A stretch of 62,802 bases of DNA, counting the filler, from Rhabdomonas costata (taxonomy: Eukaryota), in NCBI GenBank assembly GCA_019059605.1. It is 27 parts of 27 records of this genome, joined end to end, with 100 filler letters (N's around TTAATTAATTAA, not from the genome) between each part and the next. Parts side by side here need not be neighbours in the genome. Positions count along the whole stretch, not along the records: positions 1 to 2,231 come from JAHMHO010004681.1; positions 2,332 to 4,561 come from JAHMHO010004682.1; positions 4,662 to 6,889 come from JAHMHO010004683.1; positions 6,990 to 9,221 come from JAHMHO010004684.1; positions 9,322 to 11,549 come from JAHMHO010004685.1; 22 more parts are not named here. The stretch is one strand, 5' to 3'. The notes beneath the pieces were generated by a model, which was given only the letters and a program-made list of their open reading frames with translations, ran no database searches and had not been told where the DNA came from. Shown here in pieces: positions 1 to 11,122 of this stretch. Position numbers and translations under genes: made by a program. Position 1 is the stretch's first letter, and each line of letters begins with the position of its first letter.

Positions 1-2231
1 GGGGGTGGGGTCCACGGCCTTGGTCCACTGTGAGACACCCTGGGGGTGAGCGAGTGTTGCCTCCACTTACACCCGCGTGTCTTTTATTTGCGGATGTTGT
101 GCTACTTCCCTTCTGTTCGGATACGTGGAGGTCGTAACCCCACAGGACGTGCTTTACGTAGGGTTGGAATTGGATTGTTCTCTGAATCGCATCGTTTCTT
201 CCTGGTCAGACCGCCAGAGACTGCGCCACCCTTTCTTTTCTTCTCCTCTCTTATGTACTGTGCGTTTGTGCTTTCCGCTTGTTATTGACCGCGTGCTTTT
301 TTTACTGCGCCATACGCGCGGCCTCTACTGCCATTTTCCCTTGTGTGGATTGTTGCGCTCCACCAAACTGTGCACAAAAAGCCTGGAGGCCTCTCGCGAA
401 AGGTGCGGCGTGCGATTTCTCAGAGTACCGAGAAGTCTTAGACGCCCTCTCCCCACTATATTCTTGTGCCATCCCGTGAATACCCACAACGAACCCGCAG
501 CACCCTGATGACGAGAGGGGCTTTGTGTCCTTCCCTGCGCTTCTATATACGTGTGTTGCTGGTCGCCGCCGGAAAACTCCTGTGGCATCTCTTCAGAGTG
601 TCCCGCCTACCGAGTGTCTCTTTTTGCACCGTGTTTTCTGAACAGCCACCTTTCATCCCCTGTAAAGCTTCGAGTAGAGTGGCTCCCCCCTCTCGCCCTC
701 GCCCCTTTTCAACGCTGGTTCCCGCTTTACTGTGTGAACTTTTCCATTGCTACCTTTTGAACCTCTCCGGTTTTGCATTTCACAACAGTCGTCAAACTTT
801 CAGCGGATTTTTTTTTGGAGGATTGATCAGGGCCACAAAATTCTTGGCCACAGCGAAAAAAATGTGGTACCCGATTTGGGGGAAGGGTTGACAATGGTGC
901 GGGTGATGGGCTGTGGAAGCCAGGTTAGACAGGGCCAACGTTTCAGCAGTCTAAAAAGTTCTAGCGAAGAAGAAACTAAACGACGCAAGAGATCTACGCC
1001 AAGGCGCCGGTTGAGGCAAATCTCAGGGCGCGAAATGGCACCGACCACGCAAACGCGAACAGAACGAACAAACCCATACGCCGAAGCAAGCACAGGGGCC
1101 AAGAACAGGCAGCAGCCCCACGCACAGGTTCAAGCCCAAGATAAGAAAGGCACAGAGAACAGCGGCAGTCCGAAAACTTTTGGGGCAAAAGCATCGAAAA
1201 AGAGAGCCGGAGAAAGACAAGGCACGCACCAAGGCGCCAGCACCAGAAAAACACGGGAGAGCACGACAAAAAAAGGACAAGGGAGGCGGCAACATTGAAT
1301 GCAAGCTCTAGCCTTAAAGGGCGCAACGTGGGGGAAGACTATCCATTCGGAGCGCGGGGCGGAAGATGCAAACCAACCCGCTTTTGCATGGGGTTGCGGC
1401 GCCAACCGACGACCGGTGGCAGTGGTGCGTTCGGTTAAAAAAACACTAAATAAAAGGGCACATGCGGTCGAGGCGGTCTGGGAACCCGGGTTCTTGCGTG
1501 CGGTTCTGGGTGGTTTCCCCCGGATTCCACTTTTTCTTATCGTGCGGGTCCGCTTTTCTTGTGCTTTCCGGTCTTGCCCTCGCGCTTGTCCATCGTTACT
1601 GTTTTTGCCTCCGGCCGAGCGGCGCTTTCTTTTCGGACAGGCGCCGCCCTTCTAAAACTGGTGCCCTCTATTGGGGTGCCCTTCTTTTTCTTTTATTGCA
1701 TCTGTGTGTGCTGTTCTCCCCGTGCGTTGCCGTGGTGGGCTTGGTGACCCCAAAACCCGGTCTAAGAAAATAGGTCCCTGGTTGATCCCCGCGAAATGCG
1801 GCTTTCCCCGATTTGGTGGTTCAGTTGGTGCAAGTACGGTGCGGCCGCCCGTGCTTCCATTCCAAATGCCGCAAAAATGGCGCGGGCCCAGCGTGGAAGT
1901 GTGTCTGCGACTTTGGTGGGCTTAATTTTGACTCTTAACCAAGGCCTGGGCGGCAACACCCCGACAGCGGGCATAAAAGGAAGCGAAAGCCAAAGGCACA
2001 TCCTTATATACAAACCTCTGCCGCCCAAACCTTTAACCTCCGCACACCACGGACTTAACCCCAACAAAAAATCATTGGAAGGCACCAACTTTGATACATT
2101 GCTGTGGTCGGGTTCCTTCCCGAACTTCGGGTCAACAACCAAAAAAAAACTTCCAAATTTCATTTTGTTGATTTAACTTGATTTCAACAGTTTTTTCCTT
2201 CAATTCGAATTATTTCCCCTTAATATCCGCA

Positions 2232-2331
2232 NNNNNNNNNNNNNNNNNNNNNNNNNNNNNNNNNNNNNNNNNNNNTTAATTAATTAANNNNNNNNNNNNN
2301 NNNNNNNNNNNNNNNNNNNNNNNNNNNNNNN
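2232..2331. other. Artificial contig spacer (first of 26)
   Basis: N44-TTAATTAATTAA-N44, giving stops in all six frames. The same spacer starts at 4562, 6890, 9222, 11550, 13881, 16209, 18540, 20869, 23233, 25562, 27891, 30215, 32544, 34873, 37199, 39528, 41857, 44186, 46514, 48843, 51171, 53499, 55826, 58152 and 60479. Confidence 0.99.
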
Positions 2332-2395
2332 TCCCTTCCCCCCCCCCCCCCCGATCTCGGGCTGCTTTTTCATTCCTGTTTTTCTCTTTTCACAG

Positions 2396-3710
2396 GGAGA
2401 TTTTGTAAAGAAATGCATTCAGTCTCTTTCTATCCCTGTTACAAAGGCAGCGGAGCAGCGGGCACAGGTATGATTTGAATTCGTCATTGGAACCTTCCCA
2501 GCCCTTAGGTTGACCGTGGCGTGCAGTCTTGGTAGGTTTGCTGGCTTTGAATCAATTCGATGTGAAAGATTTCTTTCATAACCTGCAGTTGCTTTCCATT
2601 CATGTAAATGAATCAGTCCGACGATTTTGGCACCTGGCAGGTGTTTTAAATCGCACGTTCCTCGCAAAAGGCTGTCTTTAATTTCTGCCCCCCTCCCTCT
2701 CCTTGTTTTCCTTGTAGTGTAGTTTCCTTGTAGTTTACGTTGGCCGTGGTAATTGACTTGAATTTTTCCTTATTTCACCGATAGGCTTCCACCAAGCCCA
2801 TTGACGAGCTTTGGGGACAAATTAGCGACGAGATCTGCAAAGGCATGACCAACCGCGAGGACATGTGTAGGCAGCTCAAAGGGGTGGTTGAGTCTGCATT
2901 TTTTCAATTCGCCCGCCAGTACAAGAGAGATCTTTCTGTGACACCAGCCCATTTGGCGACCACGTCTCTGAAGCATCCGTATCTTCCTGTTGGGGTATCT
3001 CGTCCTCTACTTTGGTTCAGGCATCTTTACGTATTTTCATTCCGGAATTGGCAGGCTCGACCTTTTTCACAGTTGTAAAAGAATTTGTTGAAATTCCGGA
3101 ATTGGCAGGCTCGACCTTTTTCACAGTTGTAAAAGAATTTGTTGAAAATTGTTTTTAAAATGTATTTGGCTAAAACTGGTCACAATTCCTTTCCATGCGA
3201 ACTGCGCTACTGAGCAGTTACATTTGCTGTACAACTCCGAAACACAACGAAAACGCAAAGAAAATTAAAAACATATTTGAAACCAATGCAAGAAAAATCT
3301 GTGGTATTTTTTGAATTAAAGGCCGTTCCTGTTTTGGCCTTTTTGAGCATCCGCGTGCTTTCGCATTCGCAAATTCTCCCAATTGACATGTCAGCAGCTG
3401 TTCAAAGGTGGAAGACCGGATTTTGCACGTTTGCGTTGTGATGTGTTTTCTCGGTGGCTCTTAGAAATTTCACATCAAGGAGACGCTGGAGTGGATGATT
3501 AAGAGGGACGTGAAGAATGCCGACGAGGTTATTTGTATTTTATTAACTTTTATCACCTATAAAGCTTGCCACTAACCAAGGAATTGTCTTTCTGCGCAGA
3601 TTCGTGTTGTTTATGTGCCGAAGCTCAAGCCGTGGCTCAGAGACGTTGCACTGGAAAACATGAATCCCATGTTCGAGGCTTTGAAGGGCATGCCCAAAGA
3701 GGAACTGTAG
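2396..3710 (+). CDS. Hypothetical protein, last four exons (5' partial)
   Basis: Exons 2396-2467, 2785-2883, 3465-3527 and 3600-3710 are all bounded by AG/GT and all phase 0. They join into a stop-free peptide GDFVKKCIQ...ASTKPIDELWGQ...KFHIKETLEWMIK...IRVVYVPKLKPWLR...PKEEL*. Family not recognised. Confidence 0.55.
3039..3147. repeat. 54-bp tandem duplication inside an intron
   Basis: ATTCCGGAATTGGCAGGCTCGACCTTTTTCACAGTTGTAAAAGAATTTGTTGAA occurs twice head-to-tail. Confidence 0.9.
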
Positions 3711-4670
3711 AAAGGACCTGTTGTGCCTACCGCTGAGTGGACGCGAACGTCTCAGCTGTTACTGGAGAGTGTTGGCAGTGTCCTTCAGAGTCGCTTAGCG
3801 AGGCTGTCCGGACCTGCTGTCCCCTTGTGTGTTGGTCAAAAGTTGTCACTGACAATCACTGCACCTGCTTGCAGAATTCTTTTCCTTCAACCACTTGGGT
3901 GTTGGGCGAGAGGCAACTGAAAATTCATTGTCTTCCCCACCCTGGGTCTAAATTTGCGTGCCGTTCTGTTGCCATCAGGCGCACGTTTCAACAATCGCCT
4001 TGTTCGCTCTTGGTCTTTCGGTAGTTTATTGTGTGCGTTTCTGCTGGGTGGTTTTTGGTACATATCTGGTTCCTGAAAATGAACTGGAGAACCGGAGATC
4101 AAATGAAGGGGACCTGATAACTGGAGCTCGCGCGGCGGGTTGGAGCTCAGATTTGTTTCGCGGCCCGGCCCTGAAGATGGGTTGTTTGGCCGCGTTTTGC
4201 TCTTGGAATGTTTGATTTTCGGTCTCCCAAAGTTATTCCGCGTTTTGCCGATGTCATTTCATTTAACGAACACCACATCGACACCTCTTCTGGGTTTGGT
4301 CCCGGTATGCGTTCCCGCGGCCAAGTCTGGAATCACAGTTTACACGTAAAGTGCAGTGAGAAAAAATCGAAAGAAGAAGGGGCTGACAGGAAAAGAAAGG
4401 CACGCCGGCTGATTTCGAGACGTCGCCTGAAAGTTGGGTTTTTTTGAAGCTCAGAAGGACGAAAAAGAAAGTCAAGAGGGAACTTAAAAGAAAGTAAAGC
4501 CGTAGAAACTTCTCAGAAAAACAACTCCGTATTGGAAACTTATGTGGGCCCACCCCACACCNNNNNNNNNNNNNNNNNNNNNNNNNNNNNNNNNNNNNNN
4601 NNNNNTTAATTAATTAANNNNNNNNNNNNNNNNNNNNNNNNNNNNNNNNNNNNNNNNNNNNTGTTTGTGG

Positions 4671-4755
4671 TCTGAGCCGTTGCGTACACGGACTGGGACA
4701 CCGCCCGATCTTGGGTGCTGCGCTGGGAGGGCCCTGTGCTCAACAATAGAGTTCA
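4671..4755 (+). repeat. Dispersed repeat, segment A
   Basis: The core ACTGGGACA..G..(CTTG)GGTG.TGCGCTGGGAGGGC recurs at ~11870-11950 (-), ~26575-26668 (+) and, more weakly, ~13020-13047 (-). Confidence 0.7.
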
Positions 4756-5303
4756 ATACAAATTTCGTGATGGCGGCATTTTGTGTGTGCTGTGTGGTTT
4801 GCGCTGGTTTCCAATAGTGTTAATTTTACCTGCAGGCGTCAAGTGCAGTGGGCTCTGCCATAAACTTTTTATCACATGGCAGAACTCAGGTTACTATGCG
4901 ACTTTCTTGCTTGACATTGGCCATCTGCTGCTGTGTGTTGGTACTTCTTGCCAAAACTCTGGTTTTGTTAACAGCCCCATCCTTGCTTTTCCGCATCGAT
5001 TTTCTAAAGGGATGCAAGATTCTTTCGCTGAACAAACGTCACACCGAGCAGGAACGTCGGCCTGTACAGAGTCAACCATATGATTGTAGCTCACGAGAGT
5101 TTCCTGGTTGGCACGATGCAATAATTTGTGATTTGTGATTTGTGTGTAAGACAAAAAAGTAAGTCGAAGCTTCGGTTCCGGGGCATAATTCTTGGGTAAC
5201 GCATCGCCACGAACTGCGTTTGTAGACCTAGCCGTTCACAAATCTCTCCGATGGAGACATCGCGAGCTGTGAATCGCTGTGTTTCCCTCCTTTTTCTGTT
5301 TAA

Positions 5304-6584
5304 GACCCAGCCAGAGACGCGCTGATGGCATTCCTGTCGACCGTGCAGCTCTGTGACTTGGCTTCCACATGGCTGACTCCCAATTCTGGCCCCTGCAGTG
5401 GGTCCTGGGTGGGCGTCCACTGCAACGCGATCGGCAATGTGGTGTCGCTCAATCTTGCTGGAATGGGCTGCTTCGGCCAGCTGGACCTCTCTACGTTAAA
5501 CTCCTTGCCCCTTGTGTCTCTCGACTTGAGTGAGAATGTTCTTTTTGGCTCCGTGGACTTTTCCCTGCTGCCACAGACTTTGGTGATGTTTTCCCTGAGC
5601 GGAAATCGGCAGATCACCGGCACCCTTGATCTCAGCGCGGCGCCTCCGGCCCTCCAGGTCTTAAACCTTAGTTACTGCAAGCTGTTCGGCTCCTTGAACC
5701 TGACTGTTCTCCCCACCTCGATCATCATTCTTGGACTTGCATCAAACTTCTTCACGGGTACTGTGGACCTCTCCCGGTTGCCTTACGGGCTGCTATGGCT
5801 GGACCTTAGCGACAACGCTCTGCATGGCTCTCTCCAAGTGGAGAGTATTCCCCCAACGGTGACCGACATGGACTTGTCCCACAACATGTTTCTGTGGAGC
5901 TTCGACGCGGAGGGCCGGAACATGAGCCTGGTCCGGCTGGACCTCAGCGGGAACCAGTGGGATGCTTCCATGCGGGAGTTCTGCTTCTCTTGCCTACCCT
6001 CCTGGCTGGAATATCTACACCTCTCGAACTGCAAGCTGAACGCCACTTTGCAGCTGGACCTTCTGCCCCGCGACCTCTTCGACCTGGACCTCAGCGCCAA
6101 CCTTCTTCAGAGCAGAAGGCTCGACTTCTCGAGGCTGCCTCGCAAGCTTCAACGGCTCTCGCTCAGACTGAATAGGCTGTCTGGCTCCGCGATCCTCACC
6201 CTTCCCCCGGACCTCCGCGTTCTGGACCTCAGCCACAATCTGTTTTACGGATGGCTGAACGTCAGCAACCTCCCGCCACGACTGACCGACTTCATCGTTG
6301 ACTACAACAGCTTTGGGAGAACTTTGGACCTACATGCACTCCCTACCACGCTTAAGACGTTTACCGGGGCTTTCAACTCCTGGGTGGATATTCTGGACCT
6401 CAGCGCAGTACCCCCGTCGTTGCTGACTATGGATTTCTCCTTCTCATCCTTCTCCAGGCTAGTCCTCTCCAGGAGTATACTGCGTGGCCAAGACGGGCTT
6501 TCCATTCAACTGCTGGGAAATAACTTATTCTGCCCTCTTCCACCAATTCCGAGCTCGGTCAAAGGTGCTACCTGTGAAGGTTGA
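5304..6584 (+). CDS. Leucine-rich repeat protein of extracellular type (plant-type LRR, GP46/PSA-like)
   Basis: 419-aa ORF preceded by a pyrimidine tract and AG ending at 5303. It has an N-cap W..PCSGSWVGVHC, more than a dozen LxxLDLSxNxLxGxLDLxxLP units and a C-cap LLGNNLFCP. A signal-peptide exon is probably upstream. Confidence 0.9.
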   Translation, partial: DPARDALMAFLSTVQLCDLASTWLTPNSGPCSGSWVGVHCNAIGNVVSLNLAGMGCFGQLDLSTLNSLPLVSLDLSENVLFGSVDFSLLPQTLVMFSLSGNRQITGTLDLSAAPPALQVLNLSYCKLFGSLNLTVLPTSIIILGLASNFFTGTVDLSRLPYGLLWLDLSDNALHGSLQVESIPPTVTDMDLSHNMFLWSFDAEGRNMSLVRLDLSGNQWDASMREFCFSCLPSWLEYLHLSNCKLNATLQLDLLPRDLFDLDLSANLLQSRRLDFSRLPRKLQRLSLRLNRLSGSAILTLPPDLRVLDLSHNLFYGWLNVSNLPPRLTDFIVDYNSFGRTLDLHALPTTLKTFTGAFNSWVDILDLSAVPPSLLTMDFSFSSFSRLVLSRSILRGQDGLSIQLLGNNLFCPLPPIPSSVKGATCEG

Positions 6585-8644
6585 CTGCATGTGGGAATTC
6601 TTTTTTTCACCCGCGCACGACTTTTCACCATTTTCTTCAGCCGTGTGGTGAAGTCTTTGCGCGTGTGTCACTAAGGTTTTAAGGGCTTCAGGCGGTCAAA
6701 AGCCATTTGCTTGACCTGTGTTTGTTGTGGGTGCTGGAAATTCTCCGCTGCGGACGAAGGGCGCAACACTGAAGAGACACCATGGTGCTCCTCAGGTGGT
6801 CGTGACCGAGAATGAAAGATCAGAAATCCTGACTCAAGGACGGGACACTTAGCGTTGGAGGGGGGGGTGCTCTATGTATACAAAAACCCNNNNNNNNNNN
6901 NNNNNNNNNNNNNNNNNNNNNNNNNNNNNNNNNTTAATTAATTAANNNNNNNNNNNNNNNNNNNNNNNNNNNNNNNNNNNNNNNNNNNNGGGGGGTGTGG
7001 TTCTGCATTTGGGTTCGGAGTTCGTTCTTCGGTTCTTGTGCTTGGTGAGTGCTTCGTGTCTGCGAGTCGAGGGTTTCAAGGTATCGCGTCTTTGGGTTCG
7101 GGTTCGGTTTCGGTGTCGCTGAAGTCCCTCGGGATCTCACAGAGAACAACAAGGCTGCGCCGGCTATGCCACAAAATGTCCCACTCGCTACTTCCGTGCT
7201 CCACAACATATCGACGATAGTTCCCAGTGTCCTGAGTAGTAAGGATTGGTCACCCTGAAGTTCAACGCCTTGGTTGGCATCGTTTCACTGATCAAGCTAA
7301 CACAAAACACGTGATGACGCAGGTACGACGGGGAGCCTATGCAACGTAGCGCGTAACTCAACACCTGAGGTTGTACGTCAGTAGTGGGTAGAGGCGAGTC
7401 ATGTCATCACCCCACAGGTTGGACACGGTGATATGACCTCTGCTAGCGGACATGAACCCTTTCCTTATGCGTAGGGTAGTAGTGCTGGGTAGGCGACCCA
7501 AGATCGACCTGTGTATGCATAGGGGACAATAAACCCACTAAACCCACACGTAGGGAAGTGATGGAGGGGAGTGGTTACCGGTAGCGTAAAGCAGCAATGC
7601 ATACTCTACTCACACCACTCAGCCCACATCATGCACTCACTGTTGGTGGTTGAGGTTACTGGGTACCGGTAGTGGAAGCAGCGATGCATATCCCCTACTC
7701 ACCCCAGTCAACCCGAACCCTAGCGTGAGATGTCAACCCGCGGATGTAGCGGTAATGGTGGTACGGTATGCTTAGTGCAAGGACGCTACACATTACCCTC
7801 CACTACCAACGCTGCAACCCGTGACCGTGGAATCCTCCCACTCCCCACAACCTCCGCTTCTGTCCACCATGCCACGTTGGGAGTAGAGAGTGAGAGTGGG
7901 AGTGGTGGCAGATGCGTATGCTGATGCTTACGTTGATGCTGCAACACCCAAGCTCACCCTTCTACTGTCATCCGAGGGGCTAACCTGATGCGTAGATGCA
8001 GAAGGGAAGCATGAGTTGAGAGGGAGGGAGGAACGGAACCATCGGTGAGCGGTGGTGAAGTGACGACCGACAGGAATGCAGAGGTATCACCGATACGAAT
8101 ACACTCAACAGTCGCATGCTCCACCGCTTCACGGCTACGCATGCTCCAAGAGAGACATCGTGATGCTCCGTCCGTCGCATCACTCCTCTGCATGCTGTTC
8201 GTTCCACCGCGATGCGGTTCCACTCACATGATACGGTTGAAGAGTCGCATGCTCGGGTCCTCGCATACTCCGAAGAGAAGAAGAGAAGAAAGAAGATGTT
8301 GAAGAGGCCGTCCGGGCCACGCTCTCGCTACGCTCGTCACGCTACGCTCCACTCGCTACGCTCGTAATGCGGTAGTTCGCTGCGCTCCCCGACTGACGTC
8401 GGTACGCTTGCTCACTACGTTATCCCGGGGTAACGTTTTTTATTCCCGGAAGAGCTGCAGCCTTTGCCAGCGCCTGTCGTCTCTTCAATCGTACTCCCAT
8501 CTCTCATTGGGCCTCACCGCTTTCTTAGGGTAGAAGATTGGAATGCCACTCATTTGACTTGACATATAATACTCTCCCGTGCCCTGTGGAAAAGATGGAT
8601 GGTTGTATTGTACTAAATGGATTGGATTACATTGGTTTGCATTG

Positions 8645-8695
8645 AATGGATAGATGAATGGATGGATGGATGGATGGATGGATGGATGGATGGAT
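8645..8695. repeat. (GGAT)n microsatellite in the IFT88 intron
   Basis: Seen directly. It produces the spurious WMDG run in ORF 8617..9273. Confidence 0.95.
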
Positions 8696-8778
8696 CGATT
8701 TATACCTGGAAATCGGATGGGAAAGGATGGGTGGATGAGCACACAACTTCGAGAGCTGTATTTTTCATTGTGATGCAG

Positions 8779-9174
8779 AGCGCGGGGCGGCCGATGTCCT
8801 CCCACCGCACGGCGGGGTATCAGACCCAGACCAGCAAGTTCGACCCCCTGAAGCAGGGCAACACACAGGGCCCGGCCCCCCCGCTGCAGAAGAAGAGCGC
8901 GGACAGCCCCGAGGAGCAGTGCCTGGAAATGGAGCGCAGGGTCAACGCGCTGATCGAGGAGAGTGCGCAGCTCAGCCTGCAGAAGGACTACCCCTTGGCC
9001 CTGGAGAAGGCCAAGGAGGCCAGCAAGAAGGAGCGCGCGCTGTGCAAGCACCGCGAGCAGCAGGGGCTGGGGGACCAGATCAACATCGACCTCACCCACT
9101 CCGTGGACTTCAACCTGGCGGTGCAGTACCAGAAAAACCAGCTGTACACCGAAGCTCTGAACACCTACAGCTTG
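8779..9174 (+). CDS. IFT88: Intraflagellar transport protein 88, internal exon (partial)
   Basis: After acceptor TGATGCAG the frame reads RPMSS.R.AGY...FDPL...GPAPPLQKK...SPEEQCLEMERRVNALIEESA...ALEKAKEASKKERALCKHREQ...QINIDLT..V.FNLAVQYQ..QLYTEALNTY, the conserved IFT88 N-terminal/TPR region. It is cut by a fold-back at ~9172. Confidence 0.95.
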
Positions 9175-9217
9175 AAGTCCACGGAGTGGGTGAGGTCGAT
9201 GTTGATCTGGTCCCCCA
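9068..9217. other. Fold-back chimera at contig end
   Basis: 9172-9217 is the exact reverse complement of 9068-9113 and interrupts a conserved exon. Confidence 0.85.
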
Positions 9218-9329
9218 CACCNNNNNNNNNNNNNNNNNNNNNNNNNNNNNNNNNNNNNNNNNNNNTTAATTAATTAANNNNNNNNNNNNNNNNNNNNNNN
9301 NNNNNNNNNNNNNNNNNNNNNTTTGGTTT

Positions 9330-9481
9330 GTGGGTTTGTGTTTGTTTGTGTAGAAACACCTGTAAATGTCCTTTTTGTTGACTAAGGCTTGCGGGGTACC
9401 AATGGGACGGCGCACCCCGCAAGCCTTAGTCAACAAAAAGGACATTTACAGGTGTTTCTACACAAACAAACACAAGCCCAC
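9330..9481. repeat. 68-bp inverted repeat at contig start (probable fold-back artefact)
   Basis: 9330-9397 pairs with 9414-9481 with one mismatch and a 16-nt loop. Confidence 0.85.
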
Positions 9482-11122
9482 GACCAGGACAGTCAACCAA
9501 GACGGCCGCGACCCGCGGTGAGCGTCTGAGTTAACATCTGTAGCTTGCGGTTCATTTCTGGGTGGGGTTGGAAGGTGCAAGTGAGGATTAGACACCGATT
9601 AACCTCCAAGAAAACCATTGAAAATGAACACAGTAAACGCCTTTGTTTCGTTTCGGGACCCCTTAGTGCGGCGCCCTTACTTGTTTTCTGTAGGGCGAAG
9701 CCGACGCAGGGTCTAACAGTTCTTTCTCTTATCGCTGTTCTGGGGTTACCAGGTGGGCCTATAAGTTCTCTTCAGCCGGCCTCAGGAACCTCACCAATCG
9801 TCGGGGGCCTCATCGGAAATGAGGGGGTAGGACCACATACTTCGGCCCAAAACCCCGCCCTATTTGCTGGGTGACATCCGCCATGGTCACTCCTGGACCG
9901 GACCGGACCGGAGACGTAAGATTGACCGCAGAACTCGAGCTAGAGTGACGGGTTGGGGCTCATGTTTGGTGGTATGGTAGCACTTATTTAGTTGGTTGGC
10001 CGGTTCCCGGCCTCGGAGTCCTTCTCTGCCCCGAGATATCGCCCCATCCTGGTCCCAACCTTTTAAGGGCATTTTCGACTTTTCGAAAATTTTCAAGGGC
10101 CCAGGCTGGCCCAGGCACTTTTCGGACCTTTGCAAGGTTTCGGCCGGGCCTGCTTAGCATCCCTAAGGGTAGAGCTCAGGAGTACTTCATGGTGGCACCG
10201 GAGTGGGCCGTAATGCTTATGAACGCTTACGGTTTAGAGCCACGCTTGAGGCCATTTCAAGGCCATTTTGGGGGTATTTTCGCGCCACAGGCTTGCAAGG
10301 GCCCTTTTTGGCTCTTTGCAGGCCTGCATACTGATAAGAGAAAGAATTGTAGGCTGGCACACCGTCCGCCCACCTGCACGCCGGTGTGCCAGCAATGATT
10401 TCACATTGTGACCCTTGGCAGCTCTTTAGTATCCTGTTGCGCCGCTTCTTGCAACATGTTTGAGGCCGCCTAAACCACACCAAACTGACCAATTTTCAGC
10501 CCTGGGAACAGTGTGTTTCCCCCTTCAGGCGGTTTACCCCACGCCGAAGTTCTGGGGGGAAAGCAGTGAGGTGTTACCCCACCGAGCTGCCCCCAGCGGA
10601 GGGTGAACTGCCCAGCAACAATACGGAAAAACTGATTGCTGGGGCTGTTGGACTCTTGGATTATTTGCGCAATAACTTCCTCCTGCAAAGGAAGCGCATT
10701 CCACGAGCCCTGCAGCTGCGAAAATCCGACTACTCCCGTTTTGCATCTTGGCATCACATCTTGGCATCACAAACATCTCCGTCACCCTGCCACCCTCCCC
10801 GTGCTTAATAGAAAGCCTGTGAGCGCTGCCTTTCGGCTATGCACTGCACATTTCGTAACCGTGGTTGCTGCTTAACTGCCCCAGGGCAAAAACATGGTCT
10901 CGACCCTTATTTCAGCACATTGTTCATTTATACCTTTTGTTTCAATGGTTTTGGTGACTGAAATGAAGAAGAATTTGAGCTCAGAGGGTTGGAGTCTCAA
11001 AGCCAATTTTCTCTTTAAATGAGCCACGCACTGTCGGGCCAGCAAGCCTAAACATACCCGAGTGAGTCGATGCGACAAAGGGGCAAGACAAACCTTCACA
11101 CAAGCACCCACGAAGAGCAAAC

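Noticed and set aside
2276..2287. TTAATTAATTAA recurring about every 2330 nt as a periodic array or CRISPR-like repeat
   Set aside because: It is embedded in N runs and is a standard concatenation linker; the period reflects similarly sized contigs.
8485..9099. 204-aa minus-strand ORF and similar antisense ORFs (35523..36089, 38085..38417, 58906..59400)
   Set aside because: Shadows of GC3-rich exons on the opposite strand.
9068..9481. Terminal hairpins as biological structures (also 60008-60475)
   Set aside because: They sit at contig ends and two of them copy exon sequence in inverted orientation, typical of amplification fold-back chimeras.
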